From: an uncultured bacterium | GTDB lineage: Bacteria > Oederibacteriota > PGYV01 > CAWJRG01 | Length of the DNA stretch: 64,000 nucleotides | Direction: 5' to 3' | Assembly (NCBI GenBank): GCA_963845185.1 | Contig: CAWJRG010000005.1 | Location: 352,001 to 416,000, forward strand | Shown here: in pieces, positions 47,677-57,800 of the stretch | How positions within the stretch are numbered: position 1 is the stretch's first letter | Layout of the letters: each line of letters opens with the position of its first letter | Made by a program: the position numbers and the translations under genes | Notes under the pieces: generated by a model | The model's database searches: none | Seen by the model: only the letters and a program-made list of their open reading frames with translations | What the model was told of the DNA's origin: nothing

Positions 47677-48297
47677 ATGTTAAAATATTTACGGCTTTTT
47701 ACAGTTGTTTTGCTCTTGTTTACTGCCATGGGATGCGCTTCAGCGCCGAGAATAAACGACAGGTACGGAAAAAATGTCGTGCTTGTATATGGCTTTATGG
47801 ATATAAAGGACTGGGATAAGCCCTATGCTCTCTGGATTGACTATATGAATTTCAAAAAAGTTGACCCTCCTTCAGAAACCCCTTATTATAAATTTTCATG
47901 GGTGCTGGGTACGGTTTTTTTCGGCTTTGTTGAGCCGGGATTCTACAGGCTTGAGAGTTTCGGTGCCAGGGGGCAGATAACAACAAAATTCTTTTTTATT
48001 AACTCCACCGACGAAGCAATAGTGCATTATAAAATCCCGATGCAGGGTAATGGCTTCAAGTTTGAAAAACCCGGGTTGAGTTATATAGGGTCTTACGAAA
48101 TAACAAATCAAGTTAAAGCTTTTGAGGATGCGACATTTGAAACAAGCAGGGTGTATTATCCTTCCGAAGAGGATATAATTGTCAGGCTGCTTGAAATAAC
48201 CGATAAAGGCACGTACTGGGAAAGCGTCCTTCAAAGGAGGCTCGCCCAGCTCAGGCAATGGCGGGAATATTATGAAAAAACCAGAAAAACAAACTAA
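47677..48297 (+). CDS. hypothetical lipoprotein
   Basis: Signal peptide ending AMGC; AAGGAG RBS. Confidence 0.7.
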   Translation: MLKYLRLFTVVLLLFTAMGCASAPRINDRYGKNVVLVYGFMDIKDWDKPYALWIDYMNFKKVDPPSETPYYKFSWVLGTVFFGFVEPGFYRLESFGARGQITTKFFFINSTDEAIVHYKIPMQGNGFKFEKPGLSYIGSYEITNQVKAFEDATFETSRVYYPSEEDIIVRLLEITDKGTYWESVLQRRLAQLRQWREYYEKTRKTN

Positions 48298-48934
48298 ACT
48301 GTTGAAACAGTTTTTCAGGCTTGCCGTAGCTGTATTTTTAATAGCATCGTGCGCAAGCCCAAGCGCAAGGCGCATAACGGGGACAAATAATACCATCCCT
48401 GATGATTGTGTTGTTTTGGTCGGAAAATTTGTAATTGTCCCCCCTCCCGAAGGCTATGCGCGGCAGGCTTCTGTTTACATGGAAAACGGCTATATACATA
48501 TTGATCCGGGAGGAAGGTCCGATCTGGGCGGCCAGTTCCATATGTATCTCGATAAAATCATGAGGCCGTCAACCGAAAGAAGCGAAAAAGAGTACCGCGG
48601 CTGGTCCGGGGATATGCGCCTCATGGCATTTGAAAACGAAACTTTTTGCGTAATTTTAAAAAGGATGAAATATTTCGGCATTGCCGCTTCTTATTTTGCG
48701 GAAAGGAACGGGGAAGCGGAATTTATATATGTGCCTGCTTCATTCCCTATTGATGTCAGGGACGACGACAGGGCGATTTACATAGGCACAATCAAATATA
48801 CGCGGGACGAATATTACGACTGGAAGGATTTAAAGGTTATAGACGAGTACAACCAGGCATTGCCTGCATTCAGGCAAAAATTCGGTTCGTCAATAAGGCT
48901 GAGAAAAGCCCTTACTGCCTGGCTCGGCAATTAA
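48272..48934 (+). CDS. hypothetical lipoprotein
   Basis: LIASC lipobox; YIG motif shared with the upstream lipoprotein. Confidence 0.7.
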   Translation: MKKPEKQTKLLKQFFRLAVAVFLIASCASPSARRITGTNNTIPDDCVVLVGKFVIVPPPEGYARQASVYMENGYIHIDPGGRSDLGGQFHMYLDKIMRPSTERSEKEYRGWSGDMRLMAFENETFCVILKRMKYFGIAASYFAERNGEAEFIYVPASFPIDVRDDDRAIYIGTIKYTRDEYYDWKDLKVIDEYNQALPAFRQKFGSSIRLRKALTAWLGN

Positions 48935-48975
48935 TGATGAAAATTCCGCCGCTGGCGGCAGGAGAGGTGCAAAAA

Positions 48976-49380
48976 ATGAAAAAAATAATTGTAATAACCA
49001 TGGTTTCCCTGCTTTTGTTAGGTTCAATTCCTGTTTTTTCGATGTCGAACAACGACCCCCTTGCAAAAAAAGGATATACCAGGGACGATGTGGTTGCCCT
49101 GGCAAAAAACGAAGGCGAGGTCGCGGCAAACCCCAGGTCCTGCTTATGGGAAACTGTCGGCTGCCTTTTGCCGGTTTTAGGCCCGCTTATGAGTTGTTTT
49201 ATTTTGCCGCCAATCCCGGAAGACAGGCTGGTTGGTAAATCTTCAGCTTATGTCCAGGCATACATAGACGGTTATCAGTCTCAGGCAAGGTGGGACCAGT
49301 TTATGGCATCTGCAAATGGCTGTGAAATATGGGCGGCGTTGGGTATACTGTATCTTGGCTTGAAATTTTTTGTTAAATAA
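48976..49380 (+). CDS. hypothetical exported/membrane protein
   Basis: GAGGTG RBS, MKKII signal peptide, C-terminal hydrophobic segment. Confidence 0.65.
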   Translation: MKKIIVITMVSLLLLGSIPVFSMSNNDPLAKKGYTRDDVVALAKNEGEVAANPRSCLWETVGCLLPVLGPLMSCFILPPIPEDRLVGKSSAYVQAYIDGYQSQARWDQFMASANGCEIWAALGILYLGLKFFVK

Positions 49381-49432
49381 TTACATGTAGCATTACAAAT
49401 TCTATTTCAGTCTTAAAAAACTTTATTATTAA

Positions 49433-49474
49433 TAAAAAAGGCAGGGACAAGCTTTTGCCTGCCCCTGCCTTTTT
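49433..49474. terminator. bidirectional intrinsic terminator
   Basis: aaaaaaggcaggg...ccctgccttttt. Confidence 0.8.
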
Positions 49475-49526
49475 ATTGACGTAAGCTAATTCAACTGACT
49501 CCGTCAGACAGTCCTGTCAGCCGGCT

Positions 49527-50516
49527 TTAGTATCCGAACACTTCTATTCTGGCATTGCCATTATCTGCCACATATACGTCCCCGCTGCTGTTTACTGCCA
49601 TCCCAACGGGCTCGTTAAACTGGCCATTGCCGGTTCCGTAGGTTCCCCATTGCGTTATATACACGCCCGCCGGCGTGAACTTTTGTATATTGTTGTTGCT
49701 AGCATCCGCGACAAGCACGTTCCCGTTTTTATCTACGCGCACTGCGTAAGGCGTGCCACTTCCGCCGCTGACTGACCATTGTGTAATATACACCCCTGTT
49801 GAAGTAAATTCTTCCACCCTGCTGTTGCCGCTGTCCCCCACATATACGTTTCCGCTGCTGTCAAGCGATATATACCCAGGATAGCTAAACTGGCCGTTGC
49901 CTGTTCCGTAGGTGCCCCATTGCGTTATATACGCATATAAAGAACTGAACTTTTGTATCCTGTTATTATTAGCATCCACTACATATATGTTCCCGCTACT
50001 GTCAATTGCTACTCCCCACGGCCCGTCGAACTGGCCGTTGCCTGTTCCGTAGGTGCCCCATTGCGATATATATGCCCCTGTTGAGCTGAATTTTTGCACC
50101 CTGCTGTTGCTCCAATCCGAAACATATACGTTCGCATTGCTGTCTACCGCAATGCCCCATGGTTGGTTAAACAGCCCGTTGCCACTGCCACCGGTGCCCC
50201 ATTTCGTTATATAGACACCCGCCGATGTGAATTTTTGCACGTTATTATTATTAGAGTCAGGTACATATACGTTTCCGTTGCTGTCTATTGCGACATCAGA
50301 CGGGCTGCTAAACTGCCCATTGCCGGTTCCGTTGCTGCCCCACTGTGCCTTATACGGCAACGGTGTAGTAATAGCGGTTTGTGTCGCTGCCACATTCGGT
50401 GTGTTTGTAGCCGCCGCCCCTCCTGATGATGTCGGGCTGCTTTTTTTGCTGCATCCGCAGATACTGATTAAAGCAATAACACAAATCACTAACACAAAAA
50501 AAAGAACTTTTTTCAT
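49527..50516 (-). CDS. NHL-repeat (6-bladed beta-propeller) lipoprotein
   Basis: Lipoprotein signal; repeated WG..G.GNGQF..P..VA.DS.GNVYV.D..N.R.QKF. Confidence 0.9.
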   Translation of the reverse strand: MKKVLFFVLVICVIALISICGCSKKSSPTSSGGAAATNTPNVAATQTAITTPLPYKAQWGSNGTGNGQFSSPSDVAIDSNGNVYVPDSNNNNVQKFTSAGVYITKWGTGGSGNGLFNQPWGIAVDSNANVYVSDWSNSRVQKFSSTGAYISQWGTYGTGNGQFDGPWGVAIDSSGNIYVVDANNNRIQKFSSLYAYITQWGTYGTGNGQFSYPGYISLDSSGNVYVGDSGNSRVEEFTSTGVYITQWSVSGGSGTPYAVRVDKNGNVLVADASNNNIQKFTPAGVYITQWGTYGTGNGQFNEPVGMAVNSSGDVYVADNGNARIEVFGY

Positions 50517-50541
50517 TTTTCTCCTCCTTTTTAAGATTTTT

Positions 50542-50666
50542 AAGTGGAACCCCGCCGACTGAAGTCGGCGGCTCCTCTAAAACTCACCGGAGGTTATAAA
50601 GAGTTCCCTCCGGAAAGGTATCATTCATCCCACCAACTGAAGTTGGGGGATTTCTTTCTGGATTAA
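50542..50666. mobile_element. non-autonomous palindrome-ended element (IS200/IS605-like MITE)
   Basis: ccgccgactgaagtcggcgg and ccaccaactgaagttgggg terminal hairpins; homologue at 54718-54837. Confidence 0.55.
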
Positions 50667-50811
50667 TACTTTTCATAAGTTTACCCATCAAAAATTATTT
50701 TGTCAAGTTGTTTCCCCGCTTGTGTTTCCCCGCTTGCTGAAACCTTCTTGACTTGCCTGCGACTGCATGATATTCTTTACTGGTTTTTAACAAGAAAATC
50801 AGGAGGATTTT

Positions 50812-51513
50812 ATGAACACGGAATTCTGGGTTCTTATGGCAACGGCCCTGAGCGTCGGCGCGATTCATACAATACTCGGGCCGGACCATTACGTACCCCT
50901 GATAGCCCTTGCAAGGGCGCACAAATGGAGCAGGCCAATGGCTATTTTTATAACTACGGTCGGCGGCATAGCCCATGTGCTTTCTTCGATAATAATCGCG
51001 GTTGTCGGCGTTTTTCTGGGAAGGACCATTTTTGATATAAAAACAATCGAGTCTTACAGGAATGATATTGCGGTATGGCTGCTTTTGATTTTCGGATTCA
51101 CTTACCTGGTCTATGGTATATATGTGGCAATAAGGAACAAACCCCACGAGCACGCGCACATTCACGAAGGCGGCGAATCGCACACCCACTTGCATTCTCA
51201 TCAGGACAGCCACAGTCATGTCCATAAACTCAAAAGCAATTTGTGGATACTTTTCCTGCTTTTCGCGCTTGGCCCGTGCGAGCCGCTTATCCCTATAGTA
51301 ATGTATCCTGCTGCAAGGGGAAATGTACTGGAGGCACTAGCGGTTTCCCTCGTTTTCAGCACAGTAACAGTAATTATAATGCTTGGGGTTGTTTCTTCCG
51401 CCTTATTCGGGCTGTCAAAGCTTCCGACAACAAAGTTTGAAAGGTATTCACATTTGATAGCAGGCTGCGTGATTTTCCTGACCGGAATAGGAATTAAATT
51501 TCTGGGATTGTGA
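50812..51513 (+). CDS. Ni/Co transporter-like membrane protein (UreH/RcnA-like) with His-rich loop
   Basis: H...GPDH, G..HV.S, HEHAHIH...HTHLHSH and GPCEPL motifs. Confidence 0.8.
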   Translation: MNTEFWVLMATALSVGAIHTILGPDHYVPLIALARAHKWSRPMAIFITTVGGIAHVLSSIIIAVVGVFLGRTIFDIKTIESYRNDIAVWLLLIFGFTYLVYGIYVAIRNKPHEHAHIHEGGESHTHLHSHQDSHSHVHKLKSNLWILFLLFALGPCEPLIPIVMYPAARGNVLEALAVSLVFSTVTVIIMLGVVSSALFGLSKLPTTKFERYSHLIAGCVIFLTGIGIKFLGL

Positions 51514-51534
51514 CAGTCTTCTTCTGCATCAAAC

Positions 51535-51568
51535 AAAAAAGCCCGGAGTAAAATCCTCCGGACTTTTT
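51535..51568. terminator. bidirectional intrinsic terminator
   Basis: aaaaaagcccggag...ctccggactttt. Confidence 0.75.
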
Positions 51569-51622
51569 ATTTTCTATATTTTCAACTCTCCACTTTCACC
51601 TGTTCAACTATCTCGCGAAGCG

Positions 51623-52612
51623 TTATTGTGATGACCATACATCGTTGCCGGTAGAACCGGATATAATCCACATTTTACCGCTATAAGATAAAGCTATGCC
51701 GCTGTCTCTTGCGGTATATGCTCCAGCTGCTGTTACCTGCGTCCATGTAGCTCCATCAGTGCTGCTCCATACGTCATTAAAATCACTGACGGTTCCGATT
51801 CCTGTCATTATCCACATTTTATTATTGACTACAACGCTGCAATGCCAGTCCCTGGCTGTGAAAGGTGCAGTAGCCGGTGCCTGTATCCAGTTTGCTCCGT
51901 CAGTGCTGCTCCATACATCATTTAATAAATTACTGCTGTTGCCTACTCCGCCCATGACCCACATTTTATTATTATATACCACTCCGGTAAGTCCCCATCT
52001 TGCAGGAAAACTCGCAGATACTGTCGCTGTTATCCAGTTCGCGCCGTCGCTGCTGCTGTATGCGTCGCTTAATCCTGCTCCATAACCCGGGCCTCCGGCT
52101 ATTTCCCACATCTTATTGTTATATACCAAGCTGGCAGCTCCGTCTCTCGGGCTGAAGCATGCCGTGCCGGTTACAAGCGTCCATGCCGCGCCGTCAGTGC
52201 TGCTCCATACGTCATTTAAATAATATACGTCGAACCCGCCTATTATGTACATTTTATTGCCCAGTACAACGCTTGTAAGGTCATGCCTCGCGCTGAATGC
52301 CGCCCCTGTAGTCGCTGCTGTCCATGTAACTCCATTAGTGCTGCTCCACACATCATTGTAATTTGAACTGCCTTTGCCGGCGATTACCCACATTTGATTG
52401 TTAAATACAACTCCTGTAAGGCCCCATCTTCCTGCAAAAGCCGCGTTTGTAGTCGCTGCTGTCCAGGAAATGCCCAGATATGCGTCGAATGCAGGCGTTG
52501 CCGTTGGCGCTGGCCCGGACGGGCCTGTGGAAGTATTCTTTTTTGAACAGCTGAAAGCAAAAACAAACAACGCAAACAGTAAAACTAAAAAAATCAGACT
52601 CTTTCTTTTCAT
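51623..52612 (-). CDS. Kelch-like beta-propeller lipoprotein
   Basis: AFSC lipobox; six NKMW..GG...NDVWSSTDG..W repeats. Confidence 0.85.
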   Translation of the reverse strand: MKRKSLIFLVLLFALFVFAFSCSKKNTSTGPSGPAPTATPAFDAYLGISWTAATTNAAFAGRWGLTGVVFNNQMWVIAGKGSSNYNDVWSSTNGVTWTAATTGAAFSARHDLTSVVLGNKMYIIGGFDVYYLNDVWSSTDGAAWTLVTGTACFSPRDGAASLVYNNKMWEIAGGPGYGAGLSDAYSSSDGANWITATVSASFPARWGLTGVVYNNKMWVMGGVGNSSNLLNDVWSSTDGANWIQAPATAPFTARDWHCSVVVNNKMWIMTGIGTVSDFNDVWSSTDGATWTQVTAAGAYTARDSGIALSYSGKMWIISGSTGNDVWSSQ

Positions 52613-52689
52613 TTTTTGACCTCCTGATTGAATTTCTGTAAATATTATTTTAAAACTGAATTCAGCAATGTCAATTCAAATATATTATA

Positions 52690-53223
52690 TTATGCCTTTA
52701 TTTCCCTGTAAACCCTTTCAAACGCATCAAATGCCGTTTGGGTAAAAAGCGCCATATATACCCGCTGGATAACCCTGTCGCCTTCCATGTCAAAATCAAC
52801 TATTTCATCAATCATTATTTTTGCGCATTTTTCAAGCGGGAAAGCGCCCACGCCCGTGCCGAGCGCGGGAAAAGCTATTGAAGCAATCCCAAGCTTATTG
52901 GCGAGCTCCAGCGAGCTTCTTGTTGATTTTTTTACATAATCAGCGTTTGTATTCAGGTCCCTGCCCATGACCGCAGCATGTATTATATAACGGCAGGGCA
53001 ATTTGCCTGCTTTTGTCTCGATTGCAGAGCCTATTGGTATAGGCCCTTTTTTCACTGCTTCCTGCTCTATTTCCACCCCGCCTTTTCTTTTTATTGCCCC
53101 TGCCACGCCTGCTCCCATCCACAATTCATTGTTGGCAGCGTTGACAAGCGCATCTGCCCTGATGTCAACAATATCCCCGTGCACAAGCTCTAACACTATG
53201 TTCCTTATTTTTTTGGCGTACAT
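52690..53223 (-). CDS. macrodomain protein (ADP-ribose binding/hydrolase)
   Basis: GDI, VNAAN, G.GVAGAI, IIHA and AFPALGTGVG motifs. Confidence 0.92.
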   Translation of the reverse strand: MYAKKIRNIVLELVHGDIVDIRADALVNAANNELWMGAGVAGAIKRKGGVEIEQEAVKKGPIPIGSAIETKAGKLPCRYIIHAAVMGRDLNTNADYVKKSTRSSLELANKLGIASIAFPALGTGVGAFPLEKCAKIMIDEIVDFDMEGDRVIQRVYMALFTQTAFDAFERVYREIKA

Positions 53224-53229
53224 ATTAGT

Positions 53230-53454
53230 TTAATCCATCGCTTTCAAAAATTCTTCAACCGTTAAGCCTGATCTTGAGATTAAACTGCGAAGTGTTCCCC
53301 GTGCGACTTCCGGGTGATTTGGGATTGAAAGAGTAGCTATATTACCTTCTTTTGTCATAATTATATGGCTTCCGCGCCGGCGTGCCACTTGCCAACCCAG
53401 CTTTTGGAAAGCCTTAATTACTTCTTTCGGTCTTAATACAGGAACCGGAAGCAT
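53230..53454 (-). CDS. hicA: HicA-family toxin
   Basis: RRGSH and IP.H..V..GTL.S.I motifs. Confidence 0.9.
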   Translation of the reverse strand: MLPVPVLRPKEVIKAFQKLGWQVARRRGSHIIMTKEGNIATLSIPNHPEVARGTLRSLISRSGLTVEEFLKAMD

Positions 53455-53660
53455 TAGATATGGACATTAACTTGGTGGGTTGTAACAGTCAACGGCATGC
53501 CTTTTTCCGCACGTACCGCAAGGCATTCTTTTATTGCATTCTGTATGTTTTTTTCCGCTTCTTTTGCTGTTTTACCCTGGCTGACACAACCGGGAATCGA
53601 AGGGCATTCGGCTATAAATACTCCGTCTTCATCTTGAATTATTGTAACTGTAAATTTCAT
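53454..53660 (-). CDS. hicB: HicB-family antitoxin (short form)
   Basis: EDG.F.A.CP.IPGC.SQG.T..EA..N. Confidence 0.9.
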   Translation of the reverse strand: MKFTVTIIQDEDGVFIAECPSIPGCVSQGKTAKEAEKNIQNAIKECLAVRAEKGMPLTVTTHQVNVHI

Positions 53661-53782
53661 ATTATCGCCTCCTGATTCATTTTTCCTGCATAATTATACG
53701 CCATAATCTTACTCCGTCAATATAAAATCAGGAACAGAGTAATATTGATGCTCCCCTGATTTCAGCACAACGTTTTTCGGCG

Positions 53783-53971
53783 TCATTTGTTTTTTTTGCA
53801 CGCTTTCCTGTACTCAGCCAGCTCTATTGCCGCGTCTTTCCCGGTCAAACCCTTTGCCTTTGACTTTATCTGCATTGATTCCGCTGCTGCTTTAAAACCA
53901 ATCATCTGCTTGTCTTTTTTCTGGTTCGAAACAAGGCCGCGGATAGTACCAAATTTCATAGCGCACCTCAT
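53783..53971 (-). CDS. short hypothetical ORF, possibly an orphan antitoxin fragment
   Basis: GAGGTG RBS before MKFG; Lys/Ala-rich helical; no clear motif. Confidence 0.35.
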   Translation of the reverse strand: MRCAMKFGTIRGLVSNQKKDKQMIGFKAAAESMQIKSKAKGLTGKDAAIELAEYRKACKKNK

Positions 53972-54043
53972 TAAAAGCCTTTAATTTCATTCCTATATAA
54001 GTATAGCAATCATTTACCAATTAGTCAGCATAAAATATCCTGC

Positions 54044-54625
54044 CTATTTTTTCTTTTTTACTTTTCCTTTTACCGGTGGTTGCAATAAAGACTGTGCAGT
54101 GCTGATTATTTCTTTATTATCTTCCGTGGAAGCGGCTTTCCCGGTTTTTATGAGCCTGATAATCCCCTGCCGGTCGAGCAGGTAAACATATATCAGCGAA
54201 TCATCGGTAATGTTGAATATTTTTTTGTAGCCTTCCTTATCCTTAAAATACACCAGCACATGGTTTTTCATTTCATCCGCAGTTCCGCCTCTCATCCCGT
54301 TATAAATAATCCCGTTTATTATGCCGGCATCTCCGACCATGGCTATCGCGTAATATGCGGTTTTGCTGTTGCCCGAAAACGTCTTTATAAACGGCGCCAG
54401 CCAGGTCTCCATAAGCCCGTCACCGGGTTTTTGGTATGTCATCAATAACATCGCAACAGTGTTTGTTACATCAGCGGGAAGATTTACGATTTTATCTGTA
54501 AGTGATTGTGCTGAAATATCGGGAAAAACAGTATTGACGTAAGCTGCCATAATAGTTGTTCCGTCTGCAAAAGCAATACTTATTAAAACAGCAATAAAAC
54601 TTATTGTAAAAAGAATTTTTTTCAT
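54044..54625 (-). CDS. exported thioredoxin-like (ATP10-like) protein
   Basis: Signal peptide; FP.I....L....V.LP and YVYLLD..G.I motifs. Confidence 0.6.
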   Translation of the reverse strand: MKKILFTISFIAVLISIAFADGTTIMAAYVNTVFPDISAQSLTDKIVNLPADVTNTVAMLLMTYQKPGDGLMETWLAPFIKTFSGNSKTAYYAIAMVGDAGIINGIIYNGMRGGTADEMKNHVLVYFKDKEGYKKIFNITDDSLIYVYLLDRQGIIRLIKTGKAASTEDNKEIISTAQSLLQPPVKGKVKKKK

Positions 54626-54717
54626 ATGGGCAAATTATATGCCCTTCAAAATACTTTGTCAAGTTGCAAGCTGTCCGGAATCAGGCATTGAGCTTTACAA
54701 AATCCTCCGTTACTGTT

Positions 54718-54837
54718 GTGGAGCCCCCGCCTTCACAGGCGGGACACCTTTAAAAAAATTCTCTAATATGTTCCCTCCCCGAAGCGCTATTATATACCGC
54801 TTCAACAAAGGCGTGGATTTTCGCGGAGTGGGATTAA
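54718..54837. mobile_element. diverged second copy of the palindrome-ended element
   Basis: gtggagcccc-hairpin...gttccctcc...hairpin-ggattt...ggattaa, collinear with 50542-50666. Confidence 0.5.
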
Positions 54838-54858
54838 ATTACCAAATTTTTTAAAGCC

Positions 54859-57800
54859 TTACTTTAATATAATAATCGCATCATACTTGGATCGTGCCTT
54901 GACTCCGCCTTTATCTGCTATTACCACATAATAATAAGTGCCGGAACTTAAGTTGCTCAGGTTGCTGCTGTCATATTGCAGGACAACAAGCCCGTCTGAT
55001 ACCTGCTGTATATATGATCCCTCGAATACCTGTTCTTTTATCAGCCTGTAGGATGTCGTATATATCTTCAGCGTTATGCTGTCTATATTTACCGATGTTA
55101 CATTAACCGCAATATTTAAAGGTATCCCTGTCCCGGGGTTATACGGGTTAGGATACGGCTTTACACGCCATATTTTCAGCGTTCCTGTCGCTGCCTGTGT
55201 AGGTGTTACTGTACTCGTTTCAATAATATTTGTTGCAGTTAGCGTGGCACTTGCCGTTTCCGTTGCAGTATTAGTCTTTGAACTTTGAACATTGAACGTT
55301 GAACTTGCCGTGGGCGTATTTGTCAGCGTCATAGTAACAGTATCAGTCCTTGTCGCCGTAAGCGTATCCGTTGCCGTTATTTTAATTGTGCATGTCTCGG
55401 TTGCAGTTAGCGTGGCACCCGGCACGGTGCACGTAGCACTTGCTGTAGCCGTTAACGTAGCACTTACCACGCTCCACGTAGCACTCGCCGTAGGCGTATA
55501 AATCCACGTTGTTGAAGAAGTCGGGGTTGCACTGGGTGTTCCTGTTGCTGAATAAGAGGAAGTCGGTGTATTAGACGGGCTTGGAGAACTGGTTCTTGTC
55601 GCCGTAAGCGTATCCGTTGCCGTTATTTTAATTGTGCATGTCTCGGTTGCAGTTAGCGTGGCACCCGGCACGGTGCACGTAGCACTCGCTGTAGCCGTTA
55701 ACGTAGCACTTACCACGCTCCACGTAGCACTCGCCGTAGGCGTACATGTTGGTGTCCCTGTAAATGCAATCGTCAATGTCGGCGTGTTTGTTTCTGTCGC
55801 GCTAAGCGTAGCTGTATTTGTCCTTGTATTGACCGGCGTATCCGTCAACGTTAAAGTAACTGTATATGTCGCTGTGTTTGTTCTTGTCCCAGTAGGTGTC
55901 AGCGTGGCTGTGTTTGTTATTGTTATTGTCGGCAATACGGTAAATGTTGAAGTCAGCGTGCGCGTGAATGTTGGCGAGCCTGTCAGCGTGAGTGTTGTTG
56001 TAAACGTACAGGTAGGCGTATGCGTGAATGTCGGCGAATCTGTAATCGTAGTAGTTGCCGTAAACGTACAGGTAGGCGTATGCGTGAATGTCGGCGAATC
56101 TGTAATCGTAGTAGTTGCCGTAAACGTACCGGTAACAGTATGCGTGAATGTCGGCGAGCTCGTCCGTGTGGCAGTTACTGTTGCTGACGGTGAAACCGCG
56201 GCTGCTGCCGTCATTGTGGCTGAAACCTGCGGCGAAGGTGTGGGGCTGGACTGGCTATATCCCTGGCACTCCAGGCGGATATAGTCGTATTCAAAGCCGT
56301 TACCGTTTCCGGCCGTTCCGGTCGGCCGCAGGCCGATGTCAATCTCGTTCCAGCCTGCTTTCAGGTCCGTGGCCGGAAAATCCAAATAGGCATCGCCCCA
56401 GGCCCCGTTCGAGCCAAGGCGCACCATGGTATCGAAGCTGTAGTTTGGCACATAAAAGCCGGTGGTCGCGTTTGCTATCGTGGCATAGGTGCCGTCTGTG
56501 GATCCGGTAACCGGGGCTGTCTGGACTGTTCCGTTAATGGTGATGATGCAGGCCGCGCTGTAAGCGGCGGCGAATGCCATGTACAGGCGTGCCTGGTTTC
56601 CTGCTGCCGGCGCTTTGGCCATGTTGAAATAGATTTTTGATGCAGTGCCCACATAAGTGCCGCCGGTATTGAGTATGGTCGGCTGGCAATAATTCCAGTC
56701 ATTTGCGTAGTTGCCCACACCTACTGTGTAGCTTACCCCGTTGGGAAATTGGTTCGCGTAGTCCAGGAACGCGCTCCAGTCCGTGGGAATATCGTACGGA
56801 GCCCCGCCTGCATATGGCGGCAGCACGCCGCTCCAGGGCGTTACGTCGTGCTCGCCGTTGTTAAATTCCTCGCTGCTCCGGTCCGGGACTCCGATCTCCC
56901 ACACTGTTGGCCCGAGACGAAGCGGTGTCCAGGTTACGGTGCCGAGGTTCAGAGTCTGTCCGGCAGCCACTGTAATATTGGCCTGTTCAAAGGTACCTGC
57001 CGCTCCCGGGCCGAATGCCCACAGGTTATAAGTGCCCGGCAAAACATTTGGTATTGTAAAACTTCCGCCGGTTGTTGTCTTGACCCAGAACTGGTATGTA
57101 AGGTATTGCTGCTGGAAGTCAACTCCTACGTCGTCCGGCGCCAGCCCTATCCACATGCCGACAGGCGATGCGGTTGGATTATAAGTATCATTAATGGCGA
57201 ATGTGCCGCTCACCGTACCGCGGCCGGATGCCTGCGGGTATGCGGTAACCGTGGTCCCTGAGCCGGTCGATTCCGGCTGAGGGTTGAACCAGGCGTATGG
57301 CCACGCCGACTGCTCTGCCGCAGCCTGTGCCTGGGCATCAGCAAACAAAACCTGCGCGTATGTGCTTACGTCCGTGGCTGTGCCTGTGTACTGGTTGGCG
57401 TATATAAAAGCCGGGCCAAAGGTCTTGGAGGTGAATGTTCCGGCTGGCTGATCCTGGGTCAGGCCGAAGCCGTAGTGCCCGCCGCCGAACATGTCGAGCA
57501 GGGTATTGCCCAGGTGCGCGGTGAGTTCCCTGTGCATGGGCCCGCCGTCCAAATATTCATGGCTGGGGAAGGTCTGCCAGACTCCGTATTTCGAGGTCGT
57601 GGAAGCCCAGCCGTATACGTTCGTCTGTCCGAGCGGCTCGCTGTATGAGTACTTGCATCCTGTGGTGCCGGAATAAATGCCGCTCGTGAAATCAAACACT
57701 TCCACGGGCGCTCCGGTTACGGTTACGTAGGTATCGCTTGTTGAGGCCATCTGGCGGAACCGGTATGGGTCCACGCAAATCCAGTCGAACATTGACCCTA

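Noticed and set aside
55634..56284. Val-rich 216-aa ORF
   Set aside because: Reverse-complement reading of Thr codons in the lyase linker
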